DNA of 64,000 nucleotides from Candidatus Uhrbacteria bacterium RIFCSPHIGHO2_02_FULL_46_47 (GCA_001790815.1 MGDU01000020.1:14277-78276); one strand, 5' to 3'. Positions 1-10,573 are shown, counted from the stretch's first letter. Notes: generated from the letters alone by a model not told the origin. A program made the numbers and translations.

Positions 1-347
1 ATGAGTTGTCTGGGTGATGCCGATGCTACAGAAAGTTTCAATCCCTTATCTTGGCAATAAGTAATCGCCTGTTCAAGACCGGGGTTTGGTTTAAGTTTTT
101 TGTGAAAAATAGTTTTAAGAAGTTTAACGCGTTCCTTGATAATCTCTTCCACAGATTGGGGAAGATTAAATTCTTTTTTATAAAAAACGGCAACCTGCGG
201 CTGCGTTTTACCCATTACATATTGTTTAAACTGATCATGATATTCTATTCCATGCCGCGAAAAAAATTCCTGTTCAATTTCTCCCCAAAGCACCTCCGAG
301 TCAACCATTACCCCATCCATGTCCCAGATAACAGCACTAATAGACAT
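1..347 (-). CDS. HAD-IA family hydrolase (phosphatase/beta-phosphoglucomutase-like), 3'-partial at window edge
   Basis: Reverse-strand translation from the ATG at 347-345 gives MSISAVIWDMDGVMVDSEVLW..., with the HAD motif I (DxDGV). The gene runs off the start of the window. The +strand ORF 51..395 is its antisense artefact. Confidence 0.5.
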   Translation of the reverse strand, partial: MSISAVIWDMDGVMVDSEVLWGEIEQEFFSRHGIEYHDQFKQYVMGKTQPQVAVFYKKEFNLPQSVEEIIKERVKLLKTIFHKKLKPNPGLEQAITYCQDKGLKLSVASASPRQL

Positions 348-364
348 ATCTCGCCCTTCGATTT

Positions 365-1372
365 TTATTTTGATGCTAAAATACTGCGCTTATAGGAATC
401 AAGATTTTCAAGCGCCACTCCGGTGCCTTTGGCAACGCAAAGAGCCGGATCATCAGCCATCATGCAAGGCACACCAGTTGCCTCCGAGAAAAGTTCGGGC
501 AAATTGCGCAGCTGGGAAGTTCCGCCGGAAACTACCATCCCTTTTTCCATAACATCCGCGGAAAGCTCTGGAGGAGTACTGTGCAAAACTTCTTTAATGG
601 TGGCCACCATTTGTTCAAGCGCATTTTGGATTGCGTCCGTTACGTCATGTGAGGTTACCGTAATAGTTTTGGGAAGGCCGACAATCATATCGCGTCCAGT
701 AACATCCAGCGTGAGCTTCTCATTCAAATATAAGGCAGAACCAATTTGAATTTTTATTGCTTCTGATGTGCGCTCCCCTACCGCGACATTGTAACGCCGG
801 CGCACATACTCCGCGATAGCGGAATCCAGTTTGTTTCCGCCCACGCGCACGGAGGCGGACGAAACGATTCCGCCCAGTGAAAGCACCGCGGCTTCCATAG
901 TTCCTCCCCCCATTTCAATAATCATGTGTCCTGAAGGAGAACCGATCGGGATGTCCGCGCCAATCGCGGCCACAATCGGTTCTTTGATAATATAAGCGGC
1001 TTTTGCTCCGGCGGCAATTGTTGCGTCAATGACCGCGCGCCGCTCAGTTGAAGTAATGCCGCCCGGAACGGCAACCATGACTTCCGGACGAAACAATTTT
1101 ACCCCGCCAAGCGCCTTATTAATAAAATAACGGAGCATTGCTTCGGTAGTCCGGTACTCGGCAATGACCCCATCCTTCATCGGACGCAAGGCCACAATAG
1201 TGTCTGGCGTGCGGCCAAGCATGTCTTTTGCCTCGCGGCCGACCGCCAGAATTTTTTTATCAATAGTGGAGACTGCCACCACTGATGGTTCATTGATAAT
1301 AATGCCGCGCTTTGGAACATATACGCGGACATTTGTGGTTCCAAGATCAATGCCGATTTTTTTGATAAACAT
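365..1372 (-). CDS. mreB: Rod shape-determining protein MreB (actin-like ATPase)
   Basis: MFIKKIGIDLGTTNVRVYV... The actin-fold phosphate-1 motif and full-length similarity to MreB are clear by eye. Confidence 0.92.
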   Translation of the reverse strand: MFIKKIGIDLGTTNVRVYVPKRGIIINEPSVVAVSTIDKKILAVGREAKDMLGRTPDTIVALRPMKDGVIAEYRTTEAMLRYFINKALGGVKLFRPEVMVAVPGGITSTERRAVIDATIAAGAKAAYIIKEPIVAAIGADIPIGSPSGHMIIEMGGGTMEAAVLSLGGIVSSASVRVGGNKLDSAIAEYVRRRYNVAVGERTSEAIKIQIGSALYLNEKLTLDVTGRDMIVGLPKTITVTSHDVTDAIQNALEQMVATIKEVLHSTPPELSADVMEKGMVVSGGTSQLRNLPELFSEATGVPCMMADDPALCVAKGTGVALENLDSYKRSILASK

Positions 1373-1410
1373 GCCTTGAAAATTTCTAATTCACCTAATT
1401 CCTAATTAAC

Positions 1411-3345
1411 CTAAAACTCCACATAGAATGCCTGATCTTGTCGCAGGTTCGTTTGCCAAGTCAAACGATTTTCTTGGCGAGAGGCGTTCAAACCAGTAGG
1501 ACTCCAGAGCTTTGGTACCTTACCAAAATCAGTTATGACTGTCAAACTGTGCCCGAGCGTTCCCGGCTGTTTTTGTACAGTAAGTTCATAAGCTCCAAGT
1601 GCCACCGCCTCTTCAATATATTCCGGCAAGCGATATATAAACTTCAAACGCTTTACTTCGCCGGCCTGCACTGCCAAAAACGCCCCGAATACGGTTTTAT
1701 CAAACTCTTGCGTAATTACAACTCCGCCCCTCTGCCGCGACTCTTCGTCGCGCATGGGACCCAGTGCGCTTTGAAGAATACTTCCTTTGGGCACATACAC
1801 TCGCGTCCAGCTACGGTATCCTTTTGTTTTCCAGGCCGGTCCTTCCTTGGGGTAAGAATATACGATTTCCACCTCGCCCATAAGACCGTGCTCGCTTCCA
1901 AACGCGTGATAGAAAATACTGCGCGTCACATACGGATCAGTTTTGAGAGAAAATAAATTCGCATCAAATACACCGAGATAATCAACTGAAGATTGCGCTA
2001 GGGTCCCGCTCCAACTATTCATTGTTAAAAGCGATTGCAAATCTTGGTCGGTTGAATATATTAGTATTTGTTTTTCATCAAGCGCATCGCGGATGGCGGC
2101 AAGCGCATCCGGCCATAGTTTGATCGGAAGATCCATCACTTTTGTAATGAGAGCATGTCCAAGCTCTGAGATAATTTCTTTTCGCTGAGGCCGCGGGATT
2201 CCTTTTTGAGCAAATCCAATTTCTACTTCGTACTCTAAAACATCCGTAAGATTTTCAGGAGTAAAGGTTTGATTTCTAACTGTAATAGGTCCGGTAAGTT
2301 TAAGCAATGAACGAATCGCCTCAGGCATTACGGCAATGACACCATGAATAGGAGTTGCGCTTTTGGCGGCGTATGCAAGCGCGGGATTTTTACGAGCGGC
2401 AAAAGGAAGCTCCTCACTGAAAAATTGCATGATCGTCTTTGCAGACTCAGAAAAATCAGGAGACCAATTTGCATCGCGCAGATAAAATTTCGGCTGCTCC
2501 AAATAATAGCGAATCGGATCCGGTGAGGACGGCCGGCTGTAGGAGGGTGCAAACCGATCAATATTATATACATCGTCAGTATAAAACTGCGTGATATGAC
2601 CAGCATCAAATGTCAAAAGCCCCGAGGTACCAATAAATCCGCCAGAGGGGCGCATCTCATCGCTATTTTGCAGGACAAATAAATAATTCTTAATCTCAGG
2701 AAATCCGAAAAGGCGTGGCGCTACTTCAAGAAGCGGAATACCATCGTAAGACAACGCTACGGCAAGATTAACTTGATCTTTAAGCTTTGTAATATCTTCC
2801 TGAAGCGCGTGAGTAAGACCGTCGCGCGGAATTTTCTCCAGTAGATTTTTTGCCTGCTCAAGCTCGCGCTTAGCCTCTTGCAATTTTGGTAGAGATGTTT
2901 GGATGATTTGAAGCGCGCTTTCCCGTTTACCCTTGGGAATTTCACCGATTGTCAATTCGCGCGCGCCTCGAAATGGCTCATACACCTCTCCCGCCACCTT
3001 AAGAGCTATTATAAGCGCGCGTAAGCCATGCTGCGCGGCTAGGGAGGCGGCGCGCGCGGATTTAATGTGAATAGAAACCCATGGAATAACACGCAGAAAA
3101 CTCAGCATCCTCAAATCTTTAGAGGCTGCGTTGAAAATCGATTCTGCCGCCTCCAAATTCTCTCGCGCAAGACTAAAATTCTTTTGCGTAACTAATGCGT
3201 ATTCCGCTTCTGAGATCTTTACGCGCGCGTAATTTATGCCGCGCACCGCGCGTAGGCCAATCGGCAATGAAATTACTCCTAAAATTACAATAATTACCGC
3301 GACGGCGGCGCTTAATTTGACAAGCATGGTAAGCGGACGTGACAT
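1411..3345 (-). CDS. DUF4012 domain-containing protein (N-terminal transmembrane anchor; CPR-typical cell-envelope protein)
   Basis: N-terminal TM helix and the MRPSGGFIG signature typical of DUF4012. Sits next to a GT2 glycosyltransferase, as is common in CPR genomes. Confidence 0.7.
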   Translation of the reverse strand: MSRPLTMLVKLSAAVAVIIVILGVISLPIGLRAVRGINYARVKISEAEYALVTQKNFSLARENLEAAESIFNAASKDLRMLSFLRVIPWVSIHIKSARAASLAAQHGLRALIIALKVAGEVYEPFRGARELTIGEIPKGKRESALQIIQTSLPKLQEAKRELEQAKNLLEKIPRDGLTHALQEDITKLKDQVNLAVALSYDGIPLLEVAPRLFGFPEIKNYLFVLQNSDEMRPSGGFIGTSGLLTFDAGHITQFYTDDVYNIDRFAPSYSRPSSPDPIRYYLEQPKFYLRDANWSPDFSESAKTIMQFFSEELPFAARKNPALAYAAKSATPIHGVIAVMPEAIRSLLKLTGPITVRNQTFTPENLTDVLEYEVEIGFAQKGIPRPQRKEIISELGHALITKVMDLPIKLWPDALAAIRDALDEKQILIYSTDQDLQSLLTMNSWSGTLAQSSVDYLGVFDANLFSLKTDPYVTRSIFYHAFGSEHGLMGEVEIVYSYPKEGPAWKTKGYRSWTRVYVPKGSILQSALGPMRDEESRQRGGVVITQEFDKTVFGAFLAVQAGEVKRLKFIYRLPEYIEEAVALGAYELTVQKQPGTLGHSLTVITDFGKVPKLWSPTGLNASRQENRLTWQTNLRQDQAFYVEF

Positions 3346-3347
3346 AG

Positions 3348-4883
3348 CTAGTTTGCGGCAACTATTTCTTGAATTCCCTCTGGCGTTTGATGCCGCTTGC
3401 GCTTTTTTTCCGTGACATTAAACCCAAGATATTTTCCAAACAGGAGTCGTGTCTGCGCATCAAATGCGGGAAGTGACCCGAAAATAATCAAAGTGACTGG
3501 CAAAAGGAGCCACTGCCAGAAGATGTGCCAGGCGCGATAGAACGCGACCCCTGGCGGGCGCGGCGGAAGCAAGCGTGAGGTTAAAATTGCAGACACAATC
3601 ATACCGACCATTGCCACGCGCATCAGCCATTGAAGCATAAATGGCGTGCTTTGAAAAAATACTGTATCAACAAAATGTCCTCCTCCCAAAAGAAATGGGA
3701 GTTTTCCAAGAAGAAAAATTAAAAGCGGCGCGGTTGCCCATGAATACATGCCTTCGCCAAGATTCCAAAGAAATTTGATTTTTCGCCGCAGAGGAATTTG
3801 TTTGTGCTTGAGAAAATTCCATGCCATGTACGGAAAGTGTTCAATTCCCCAAGCCCAGCGCCTCTGCTGATAATAAAGCGCCTTGAGACTATTCCAGTAA
3901 TTGCCGCTTGTTACAGTATCCATGGATACTGGAAGATACAGCGGTATGACACGATAATCGCCATTATAATGCAAAAAACACTGTAGAAAGATGCGCGAAT
4001 CCTCCGTCACAATATCTTTTTGCCAAAATCCTACGTCCAAAAGTGCTTTAAATGGCATGCTATGAGATGAAAAGGTAAAGAGACGTTCAGTACGCGGGAG
4101 TTCAGTCATCAGCCAAAATGTTGTACCAAGCGCGGCAATACGAATAAGCGCGGGCGAATCCCAAATATTATTATTGTAGAGCGCAATTGGCTGGTATGAG
4201 GCGCGCAAAGGATTAGGAACAGTCAAATACTGATATGAAAGATAGGCAAAATATTGCGGATGTACGATTGTATCAATATCAAGCGATGAGACTATGACAT
4301 CTTCATAAGGAATCTTAAGCTCGTCTATAAACTCCCGCGCGCGATGCCCGGCCCAGTTCAAGTTTGAACCCTTGCCAGGAATTTCATCAGGCAAATTTGC
4401 AGGATGTATAGTTTTAATAAAATGCCCAAATACATTTTTGAATTTTTCCTCAATGAGCGCGGCATTTTGCAAAAAATTCTCGCGGTCGCGCTCCTCTCCC
4501 GCAAATACTATAATTAATTTCTCTTTTGGATATGTTGAGTCAGCTAAGCTTTGGAGGGTCGTGGTTAAAATCTCAATCCCTTCTTTATAAGTAGGCAAAA
4601 ATATCAGATGATATAATTTCTCCCATTGCGGCCTCTCCGCTTTAAGTTTAGAAGTCCAATCACTGCTTGTATCGCGGCGAAACCGCCGCCAAGATATGCT
4701 CAGATAAAACACAAAGTAGACTACGCGAAATAGCCAGTACAAATCAAAGAGCACAATAAAATAAAGCACCCAAAGCGGACGGATAAACGATAAAATGATC
4801 GCCACGGCAAGCGTTATCCAAATAAGGGAACCGGGAATCATTTCAAAAAAACGATACAATTTTGGTTTTGACTTCATCATCAT
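3348..4883 (-). CDS. Processive family-2 glycosyltransferase (cellulose/chitin synthase-like, membrane-embedded)
   Basis: QQRRWAWG (the QxxRW motif) is present with multiple TM helices at both ends. The GT2 catalytic-domain layout is recognisable. Confidence 0.8.
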   Translation of the reverse strand: MMMKSKPKLYRFFEMIPGSLIWITLAVAIILSFIRPLWVLYFIVLFDLYWLFRVVYFVFYLSISWRRFRRDTSSDWTSKLKAERPQWEKLYHLIFLPTYKEGIEILTTTLQSLADSTYPKEKLIIVFAGEERDRENFLQNAALIEEKFKNVFGHFIKTIHPANLPDEIPGKGSNLNWAGHRAREFIDELKIPYEDVIVSSLDIDTIVHPQYFAYLSYQYLTVPNPLRASYQPIALYNNNIWDSPALIRIAALGTTFWLMTELPRTERLFTFSSHSMPFKALLDVGFWQKDIVTEDSRIFLQCFLHYNGDYRVIPLYLPVSMDTVTSGNYWNSLKALYYQQRRWAWGIEHFPYMAWNFLKHKQIPLRRKIKFLWNLGEGMYSWATAPLLIFLLGKLPFLLGGGHFVDTVFFQSTPFMLQWLMRVAMVGMIVSAILTSRLLPPRPPGVAFYRAWHIFWQWLLLPVTLIIFGSLPAFDAQTRLLFGKYLGFNVTEKKRKRHQTPEGIQEIVAAN

Positions 4884-5203
4884 AAAGTAATATTCGGCTC
4901 GCCGCTGTATTTCGCAGACATTTGCCGCTTATCATTCACTTTTATTCCAAGCCCCCAGGCCAGCGCATTTACGGTGGCGATTACTTGCCGCACTCCACTG
5001 AAGGTTGCCTCACGCATATTGACACTTATGCTTTGTATCGCGCGCCTCTTTAGAGCAACCTTAGATATTGCCCACAAAAGCGGTATTTTGTCAAGCCGTA
5101 CTCGCTTTGTGCGCTTACCAAACCGCACCTCCGCTTCTTTTCCAATCACTTCCACGCACAATTCATTCTGCATTCTGCATTTTACATTCTGCATTCTTTT
5201 CAT
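4880..5203 (-). CDS. Hypothetical small basic protein
   Basis: ORF of 107 aa. Its N-terminus is encoded by a CATTCTG tandem repeat at 5151-5183, and the start codon is uncertain. Confidence 0.3.
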   Translation of the reverse strand: MKRMQNVKCRMQNELCVEVIGKEAEVRFGKRTKRVRLDKIPLLWAISKVALKRRAIQSISVNMREATFSGVRQVIATVNALAWGLGIKVNDKRQMSAKYSGEPNITL

Positions 5204-5823
5204 ATTCCCATTCGCGCCGGTTGAGGCAATGTGTCAATGAGTACAATCTTCTTATTTTCGAAAAAATTATAAAGAAATCTATCCATCATCTCTTTGCGCT
5301 CTGTAAATTCTTTTAAAGGCAAGATCGTGTAATTAATTGTTCGCCCGAATTCTTCTTCAAATTCGCGAAATACTTTTGCTGATTTTTCTTTGTTCACGCG
5401 CCCAACAATCATAAGGTCAGTAGGAAATCCTGGAAGATCAACGAAAAAACCGGTAAGCGCTAAATAACGAATTGATCCGATCCCTTTAAGCTGACGCGCA
5501 AGCTCTTCCTGAAGTAGAAGCTGGCCTTTATTCAAAAGAATTCGAAGTTCATTAAAAATGACGCAAGCGGGATTTGCTTCGTAGAATTTTCGACGCAGAC
5601 CGCTTGCGCGATGGGTCTCCGCTTGGTTTTCTTCATGTATCTGAATAAGCCCGATCTTACTGAGATTCGAAAGTTCGCGGCGAACCGAATGAATATGCGA
5701 TCGAGTTAATCGCGTAATTTCCCGAACATAAAATGTTTGATCCGGGTGCTCCAAAAAAAGCTTTAAAAGCCGTACGCGTATTCTTGAACCAAAAATTTGT
5801 TCAAGGGAAGCTTGTTTTTTCAT
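5200..5823 (-). CDS. Winged-helix (ArsR/MarR-like) transcriptional regulator with an uncharacterised C-terminal domain
   Basis: N-terminal ...RLLKLFLEHPDQTFYVREITRLTRSHIHSVRRELSNLSKIGLI... is a typical wHTH. The start overlaps the upstream ORF by 4 nt. Confidence 0.6.
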   Translation of the reverse strand: MKKQASLEQIFGSRIRVRLLKLFLEHPDQTFYVREITRLTRSHIHSVRRELSNLSKIGLIQIHEENQAETHRASGLRRKFYEANPACVIFNELRILLNKGQLLLQEELARQLKGIGSIRYLALTGFFVDLPGFPTDLMIVGRVNKEKSAKVFREFEEEFGRTINYTILPLKEFTERKEMMDRFLYNFFENKKIVLIDTLPQPARMGI

Positions 5824-5913
5824 ACTATGTCTTGGAGTGCTGGGAGTGCTTTACAGTTGATATGATTATAGTATATACTAGCATAATGAATAGCGTCAAA
5901 GGTAACCACGCCC

Positions 5914-7983
5914 ATGCATCAAAAGTTTATTGTGCGAATCGAAATTAATTTTTCCGGTAAAGCATCTCTTCCTTGGGTTGCCATGAGCCGTCGTGGGCGC
6001 CAATTGGTGGAATCCCAATGCTTTGCCTTGCTTGGTTATCCCGAGACAGAGCTCTCAAAGCTTCAGGGTGCTGATTTGGAAAGTGCGCGCGATACTCTTG
6101 AATCCGCACTGCGCTTACTAAGCGCATTTGAATACATTCCAAAGGATGACACTCAAACTGATAGTTTTTTTGAAAAAAAAATTGTGGCTTTTGAAGAGCG
6201 GATCGCGCAATCCAGCACATTGCTTCCACTCCATGCGGCAATCGGAGTGATCCTTGGAACCCGCGTACTTTTTGCAACATCAGGCGACATTCTTGTGCTG
6301 CAAGTCACCCCCTCAAGTATCGTAAACCTTGCAGATTCTGGAAAAGGTGTATCCCTGCACTTTGAAACGTTTCGATCAGGGTTGCTTACACCTCAATCCA
6401 TGCTTCTTTTTATTCCTAAAAATACGGGTACGCTTCTTAAATCTGACGAACTGAAAAGTCTACATACCGCGCGAAGTTCTGAACATAAATTGAAATATCT
6501 TGAGCATCTTTTGGAAAAACGGTCTGCGCTTTCTGGAGCGCTGTGCGCCGTACTTTTGGAAACCAAGTCAAAAGTGGTAAAAACTTTTGAAACGACCGCG
6601 GTTTCTATCGCAAACTTGCTAAATACCGAGGCAAAAACCGAGGAATTGCTCTCCCCTCCACTGCTTAAACCGCTTATTGAACGGGTAAAAATTCTGGTGA
6701 TAAAAAGCTATGAACGTATTGCGGCAATCGTTAAAATTTATACAACTAAAAGCATGCCGGTGCGCACTACAAGATCAAAGCAAGCGCCTCAGGTGGCATC
6801 AAAAACTGAAGTAAATCGCCCGCGAAGCGTAAACCCGTCTCAGGTTGCGGAAAATGCAGCGCGTACTCCTACCCCTATATTTCTTTCTTCCTACTTTATG
6901 CATCTATCGGCATGGAACAAAACCAATCTCAACTGGTTTAATAGAAAATTAGCTTGGGGAGAGAGGCGCGCCCGTATTTTATCGCATTTGAATAGCACTA
7001 CTATTATTTCTCGCTTTAACGCATTACCCCTTAGAAGCAAAATACTCTTTATATTCGTCGCTACCTTTCTTTTTATCTTTGTTGAAAGCGTTTTTCTTAC
7101 CATGCAAAATGCAAAGGTAGTAAAAGCCGATACCGCGCTGCGTGATGAAATTACTGGGATACGAACTTTGATAGACAGCGCCGCCTCCTCGCTGATTTAC
7201 AATGATGAAGAAAAAGCGCGTAAGGAAGCAGACGAAGCAAAACTGCGTATTGCCGGATTGCCACAATTTCAAAAAACAACCGCGCAGAGTCTGCGCTTGA
7301 GATCGCTCCGAGGACTTAGAACTTCAGTCAGTAGAAAAATGATCTCTGAACTTGAAACAGCACTTACACCTGTTGTTGAAAAACTCCGGCATGCGGTTGT
7401 GATTGAAAATCCCACCGTAATTGAAAATCCTCTGCCAAATACAATTCCTAATCTCACCGGAGAAATTCCTACCAAAGTGGTGTACCACAAACGCATGTAT
7501 TCGCTTGAGCCGAGCGCGAATCAAATTTTCAAACACGAACCGGTAAAGGACGGATTTTCCGCCCAAGGCGGATCCGCCTTGGGCGGAGACGCCGGCACGC
7601 CCTGGATTAAAGACGGCACTGATGTGCGCAATGCCATAATGCTCACTGTTGATGGATCGTTTTACGTCACTGACGGAAGTGGCACAGTGATTGAACTTTT
7701 AAAAGGCAAAAAAACTGATTTTGCGCTTAAGTCCATTGATCCGGCGCTTACGCAAATTAAAAAACTTTGGACTAATGAAGGATCTGATTATCTTTACATA
7801 CTTGACCAGACGGAAAAAAGACTTGCTGTATTTACAAAAAAAGACGGGCTTCTCAAAGCGCAGTACACAAGTCCCAAATTCACTGACCTCAAAGACTTCG
7901 CCGTGGACGAAGGCAAAAAACTCGCCTATCTTTTAGACGGTACTTCCGTCATTTCTATCACTCTTTCCCATTTTGGGAAATAA
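5914..7983 (+). CDS. Hypothetical protein with a central TM helix and a Gly-rich C-terminal domain
   Basis: Long ORF with coding-like composition and a TM segment ILFIFVATFLFIFVESVFL. No recognisable family, and the true start is unclear. Confidence 0.5.
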   Translation: MHQKFIVRIEINFSGKASLPWVAMSRRGRQLVESQCFALLGYPETELSKLQGADLESARDTLESALRLLSAFEYIPKDDTQTDSFFEKKIVAFEERIAQSSTLLPLHAAIGVILGTRVLFATSGDILVLQVTPSSIVNLADSGKGVSLHFETFRSGLLTPQSMLLFIPKNTGTLLKSDELKSLHTARSSEHKLKYLEHLLEKRSALSGALCAVLLETKSKVVKTFETTAVSIANLLNTEAKTEELLSPPLLKPLIERVKILVIKSYERIAAIVKIYTTKSMPVRTTRSKQAPQVASKTEVNRPRSVNPSQVAENAARTPTPIFLSSYFMHLSAWNKTNLNWFNRKLAWGERRARILSHLNSTTIISRFNALPLRSKILFIFVATFLFIFVESVFLTMQNAKVVKADTALRDEITGIRTLIDSAASSLIYNDEEKARKEADEAKLRIAGLPQFQKTTAQSLRLRSLRGLRTSVSRKMISELETALTPVVEKLRHAVVIENPTVIENPLPNTIPNLTGEIPTKVVYHKRMYSLEPSANQIFKHEPVKDGFSAQGGSALGGDAGTPWIKDGTDVRNAIMLTVDGSFYVTDGSGTVIELLKGKKTDFALKSIDPALTQIKKLWTNEGSDYLYILDQTEKRLAVFTKKDGLLKAQYTSPKFTDLKDFAVDEGKKLAYLLDGTSVISITLSHFGK

Positions 7984-7987
7984 CTTT

Positions 7988-9517
7988 CTATTCCCATTCC
8001 ATCGTGGCGGGAGGTTTATTCGTAATATCATAGACTACACGGTTTACCTCACGCACTTCATTGGTAATTCGTGTTGAAATTTTTTCCAGGATTTCAAAAG
8101 GTATTTTTGCAAAGTTTGCTGTCATTGCATCTTTTGACTCTAAAATACGCACGACAACAGGATACTTATAACTGCGCGCGTCGCCCTGAATCCCCACACT
8201 TCGAATAGGAAGTAATACTGCAAAACTCATCCATAATTTTTTCCATAATAGTGTCTTTTTCAATTCCTCCTCAATAATCGCACTCGCCTGACGTACAATT
8301 TGAACACGCGTCGGCACTACCTCTCCAATAATACGCACCGCAAGTCCAGGTCCTGGAAATACCTGACGCGTCAGCATTACTTTCGGAAGCTTCAATGCTC
8401 GCGCCAATGTCCTCACTTCATCTTTATAAAGCTCCCGAAGCGGCTCGTATACTTCTAGTTTCAAATTCTTTGGCAATCCGCCAACGTTATGATGAGATTT
8501 AATCGTTGCTGAATGCGCCGTAAGACCGCTTTCGATGCGGTCCGAATAAATGGTTCCTTGCACAAGTACCTGGGATTTTTCCTTCTTTGCGATGGCAGAA
8601 AAAATATCAACAAATAATTTACCGATGATCTTCCGCTTCTTCTCCGGATCTTCAACACCCTTGAGCGCTCTAAAAAACTGCTTCTTGGCATCAATGATTC
8701 TAAGCGCAAGCGGCATTGTTTGAAATACCTTCCGGACATAGGCAGTATCATCCACCCTCATCAATCCTGTATCAACATATACCGCGATCAATTTATTACT
8801 TATGGCTTTTGAAAGAAGCACTGCGGCCACTGAAGAATCAATGCCGCCGGAAAGTCCAATTAAGGCCTTACGATCACCAATTACCTCTTTTGCTTCCTGT
8901 ACAATATCATCTTTCATGCGCGAAGTTGTCCAAGACTTTTTTGCATGGCATATCTGAAATACAAAATTCTTAAAAATTTGCATGCCATATTGCGTATGGG
9001 TAACTTCCGGGTGAAATTGCACGCCAAAAATCTTGCGATCCGGATTTGCAAATGCGGCGATTGGCGAATGCGCGGTATGTGCAAGAGATACAAAACCTGC
9101 AGAAAGCCGCACAACTATATCTCGATGATTCATCCATACCTTTTGATGCGCTGGCAAACTATGTAAAAGGAGCGGATCAGATTTCTGTACGAAGAGATCC
9201 GTAATCCCGTACTCCCCTGCTTTGCCAGAGTTCACTTTACCTCCGAACATATGCGCAATGAGCTGATGCCCATAGCAAATACCAAGAATCGGAAGCGAAC
9301 AATCAAAAAATGCGCGACTAAGCTTCGGCGCATTTTTCTCATATACAGACCGGGCACCACCTGAGAGAATAACTCCTTTTATTGAATCATCATTTTGTAT
9401 CTTTTGGGCAGCCGCCTCTGGAGATATAATCTCTGTCCACACCTGCACATCACGAATCCTGCGTGCAATAAGATGACAATATTGTCCCCCAAAATCTACA
9501 ATGAGGATTTTATCCAT
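7988..9517 (-). CDS. guaA: GMP synthase (glutamine-hydrolysing)
   Basis: MDKILIVDFGGQYCHLIARRIR... is the class-I glutamine amidotransferase start. The ATP-PPase SGGIDSSV motif and the C-terminal dimerisation domain are present. Confidence 0.93.
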   Translation of the reverse strand: MDKILIVDFGGQYCHLIARRIRDVQVWTEIISPEAAAQKIQNDDSIKGVILSGGARSVYEKNAPKLSRAFFDCSLPILGICYGHQLIAHMFGGKVNSGKAGEYGITDLFVQKSDPLLLHSLPAHQKVWMNHRDIVVRLSAGFVSLAHTAHSPIAAFANPDRKIFGVQFHPEVTHTQYGMQIFKNFVFQICHAKKSWTTSRMKDDIVQEAKEVIGDRKALIGLSGGIDSSVAAVLLSKAISNKLIAVYVDTGLMRVDDTAYVRKVFQTMPLALRIIDAKKQFFRALKGVEDPEKKRKIIGKLFVDIFSAIAKKEKSQVLVQGTIYSDRIESGLTAHSATIKSHHNVGGLPKNLKLEVYEPLRELYKDEVRTLARALKLPKVMLTRQVFPGPGLAVRIIGEVVPTRVQIVRQASAIIEEELKKTLLWKKLWMSFAVLLPIRSVGIQGDARSYKYPVVVRILESKDAMTANFAKIPFEILEKISTRITNEVREVNRVVYDITNKPPATMEWE

Positions 9518-9663
9518 AAATTAAATGAGTCCACAATTGTATCATACAATTGGCATCCCCTCCATCCCATTTCTCATTTCTGTAAAATAAGAGACCCTCG
9601 ACCAGCTTGCGCCAATCGAGAGCCATTAGGAACTTTTTGCGTTTCAGGCAATAAAGCGCGGTT

Positions 9664-9852
9664 CTAGTCGCCACTTCCGCAGTCACCGCCACCGTCCGGC
9701 GAGAAATGGAACTCCATTTCGCCGGAGAGAAAGTCGCTCGCGACATGCCCGTCAAGCAAAGCGGTGAACATGGGGCCGCTACGACTCGGCATCGTCTCTG
9801 CCTCTGCCTTGCCTACCCCTTCTTTTACCATTTTTGGAGCGCCGTCAACCAA
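9664..9852 (-). pseudogene. Remnant copy of the rplL 3' end (L7/L12 C-terminal ~20 codons) fused to GC-rich sequence
   Basis: Translation begins [21 protein letters not shown], matching the C-terminus of rplL at 10661..11071. Nucleotides 9791-9850 are an imperfect copy of 10707-10767. Confidence 0.5.
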
Positions 9853-9857
9853 GTCCC

Positions 9858-10196
9858 TTAAGGGTATACACGCCGCGCATCTTTATAAATACGGCGCAAA
9901 TTCGGAGATTCACTTTTTTTAAGATCGGCAAATTCCTTGGCAGTCAGTCCGATAATATCCATTGGCACTTGCAACGCCGAACCGCGGCGCATGCTATTAA
10001 GAAGCTGAAGCCGTTCCATAAGCGGCATACGCGCGAAATCCGGAGAAAGCACAATAAGATCAATATCACTGTCGTAGCGCATCTGACCCCGCGCACTACT
10101 GCCAAACAATACTACCTCCTCTACTTGTACCGCAGAAGCAATACTCTTAGCGTAATCGCGAGCTATTTTTTTTGCATTAATGCGTTCTCTATCCAT
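9858..10196 (-). CDS. Minimal nucleotidyltransferase (MNT) antitoxin of a HEPN/MNT module
   Basis: GSSARGQMRYDSDIDLIV is the nucleotidyltransferase GS...DxD motif. It overlaps the HEPN gene by 34 nt, a typical TA operon arrangement. Confidence 0.8.
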   Translation of the reverse strand: MDRERINAKKIARDYAKSIASAVQVEEVVLFGSSARGQMRYDSDIDLIVLSPDFARMPLMERLQLLNSMRRGSALQVPMDIIGLTAKEFADLKKSESPNLRRIYKDARRVYP

Positions 10197-10573
10197 ATAA
10201 ACAGTTCCTTAGTTTTATTAAGAATATCCTCAGCATTCTTACGGTTATAGGTGAATGAAAATTTTGGCGCAAATGGCAAATCTGGGTACCGTGGGATCAG
10301 ATAATGTGGCTGTAATTCGTCAATAAACTGTACAAATTTTTCTGGAATTTCAAGTTTAGTCGCAGTACGCAGAGCAGTAAGATCATGAATCTTTTTGACT
10401 TCTAAATCCTGCTCCACCAGGTGTGCCTTAAGAATTTTTTCAATCGATTGATGGCAATGGAATACCACTACCTGATACGCGCTCCCCCGCTTTGCTCCAT
10501 ATTGCATCTGCACTTCAGCCGCATCCAAATCAGCTCGCGCAAATTCAACCCACTTTTTGGTAATATCCTTCAT
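10163..10573 (-). CDS. HEPN-domain toxin of a HEPN/MNT module
   Basis: All-alpha protein with the YLIPRYPD (Rx4-6H-type RYP) motif characteristic of HEPN partners of MNT. Confidence 0.75.
   Translation of the reverse strand: MKDITKKWVEFARADLDAAEVQMQYGAKRGSAYQVVVFHCHQSIEKILKAHLVEQDLEVKKIHDLTALRTATKLEIPEKFVQFIDELQPHYLIPRYPDLPFAPKFSFTYNRKNAEDILNKTKELFIWIENALMQKK

Noticed and set aside
51-395. 114-aa +strand ORF at the window start
   Set aside because: It is antisense to a well-supported HAD hydrolase gene (DMDGV motif) on the minus strand, with Phe/Lys-rich low-complexity composition.
1438-1956. Overlapping antisense ORFs within the DUF4012, rplL (10557..11099 +), rplA (28522..29031 -), prfA (17337..17807 -), gatB, pheT and other genes
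   Set aside because: These are shadow ORFs on the opposite strand of well-supported genes. They have no independent signals.
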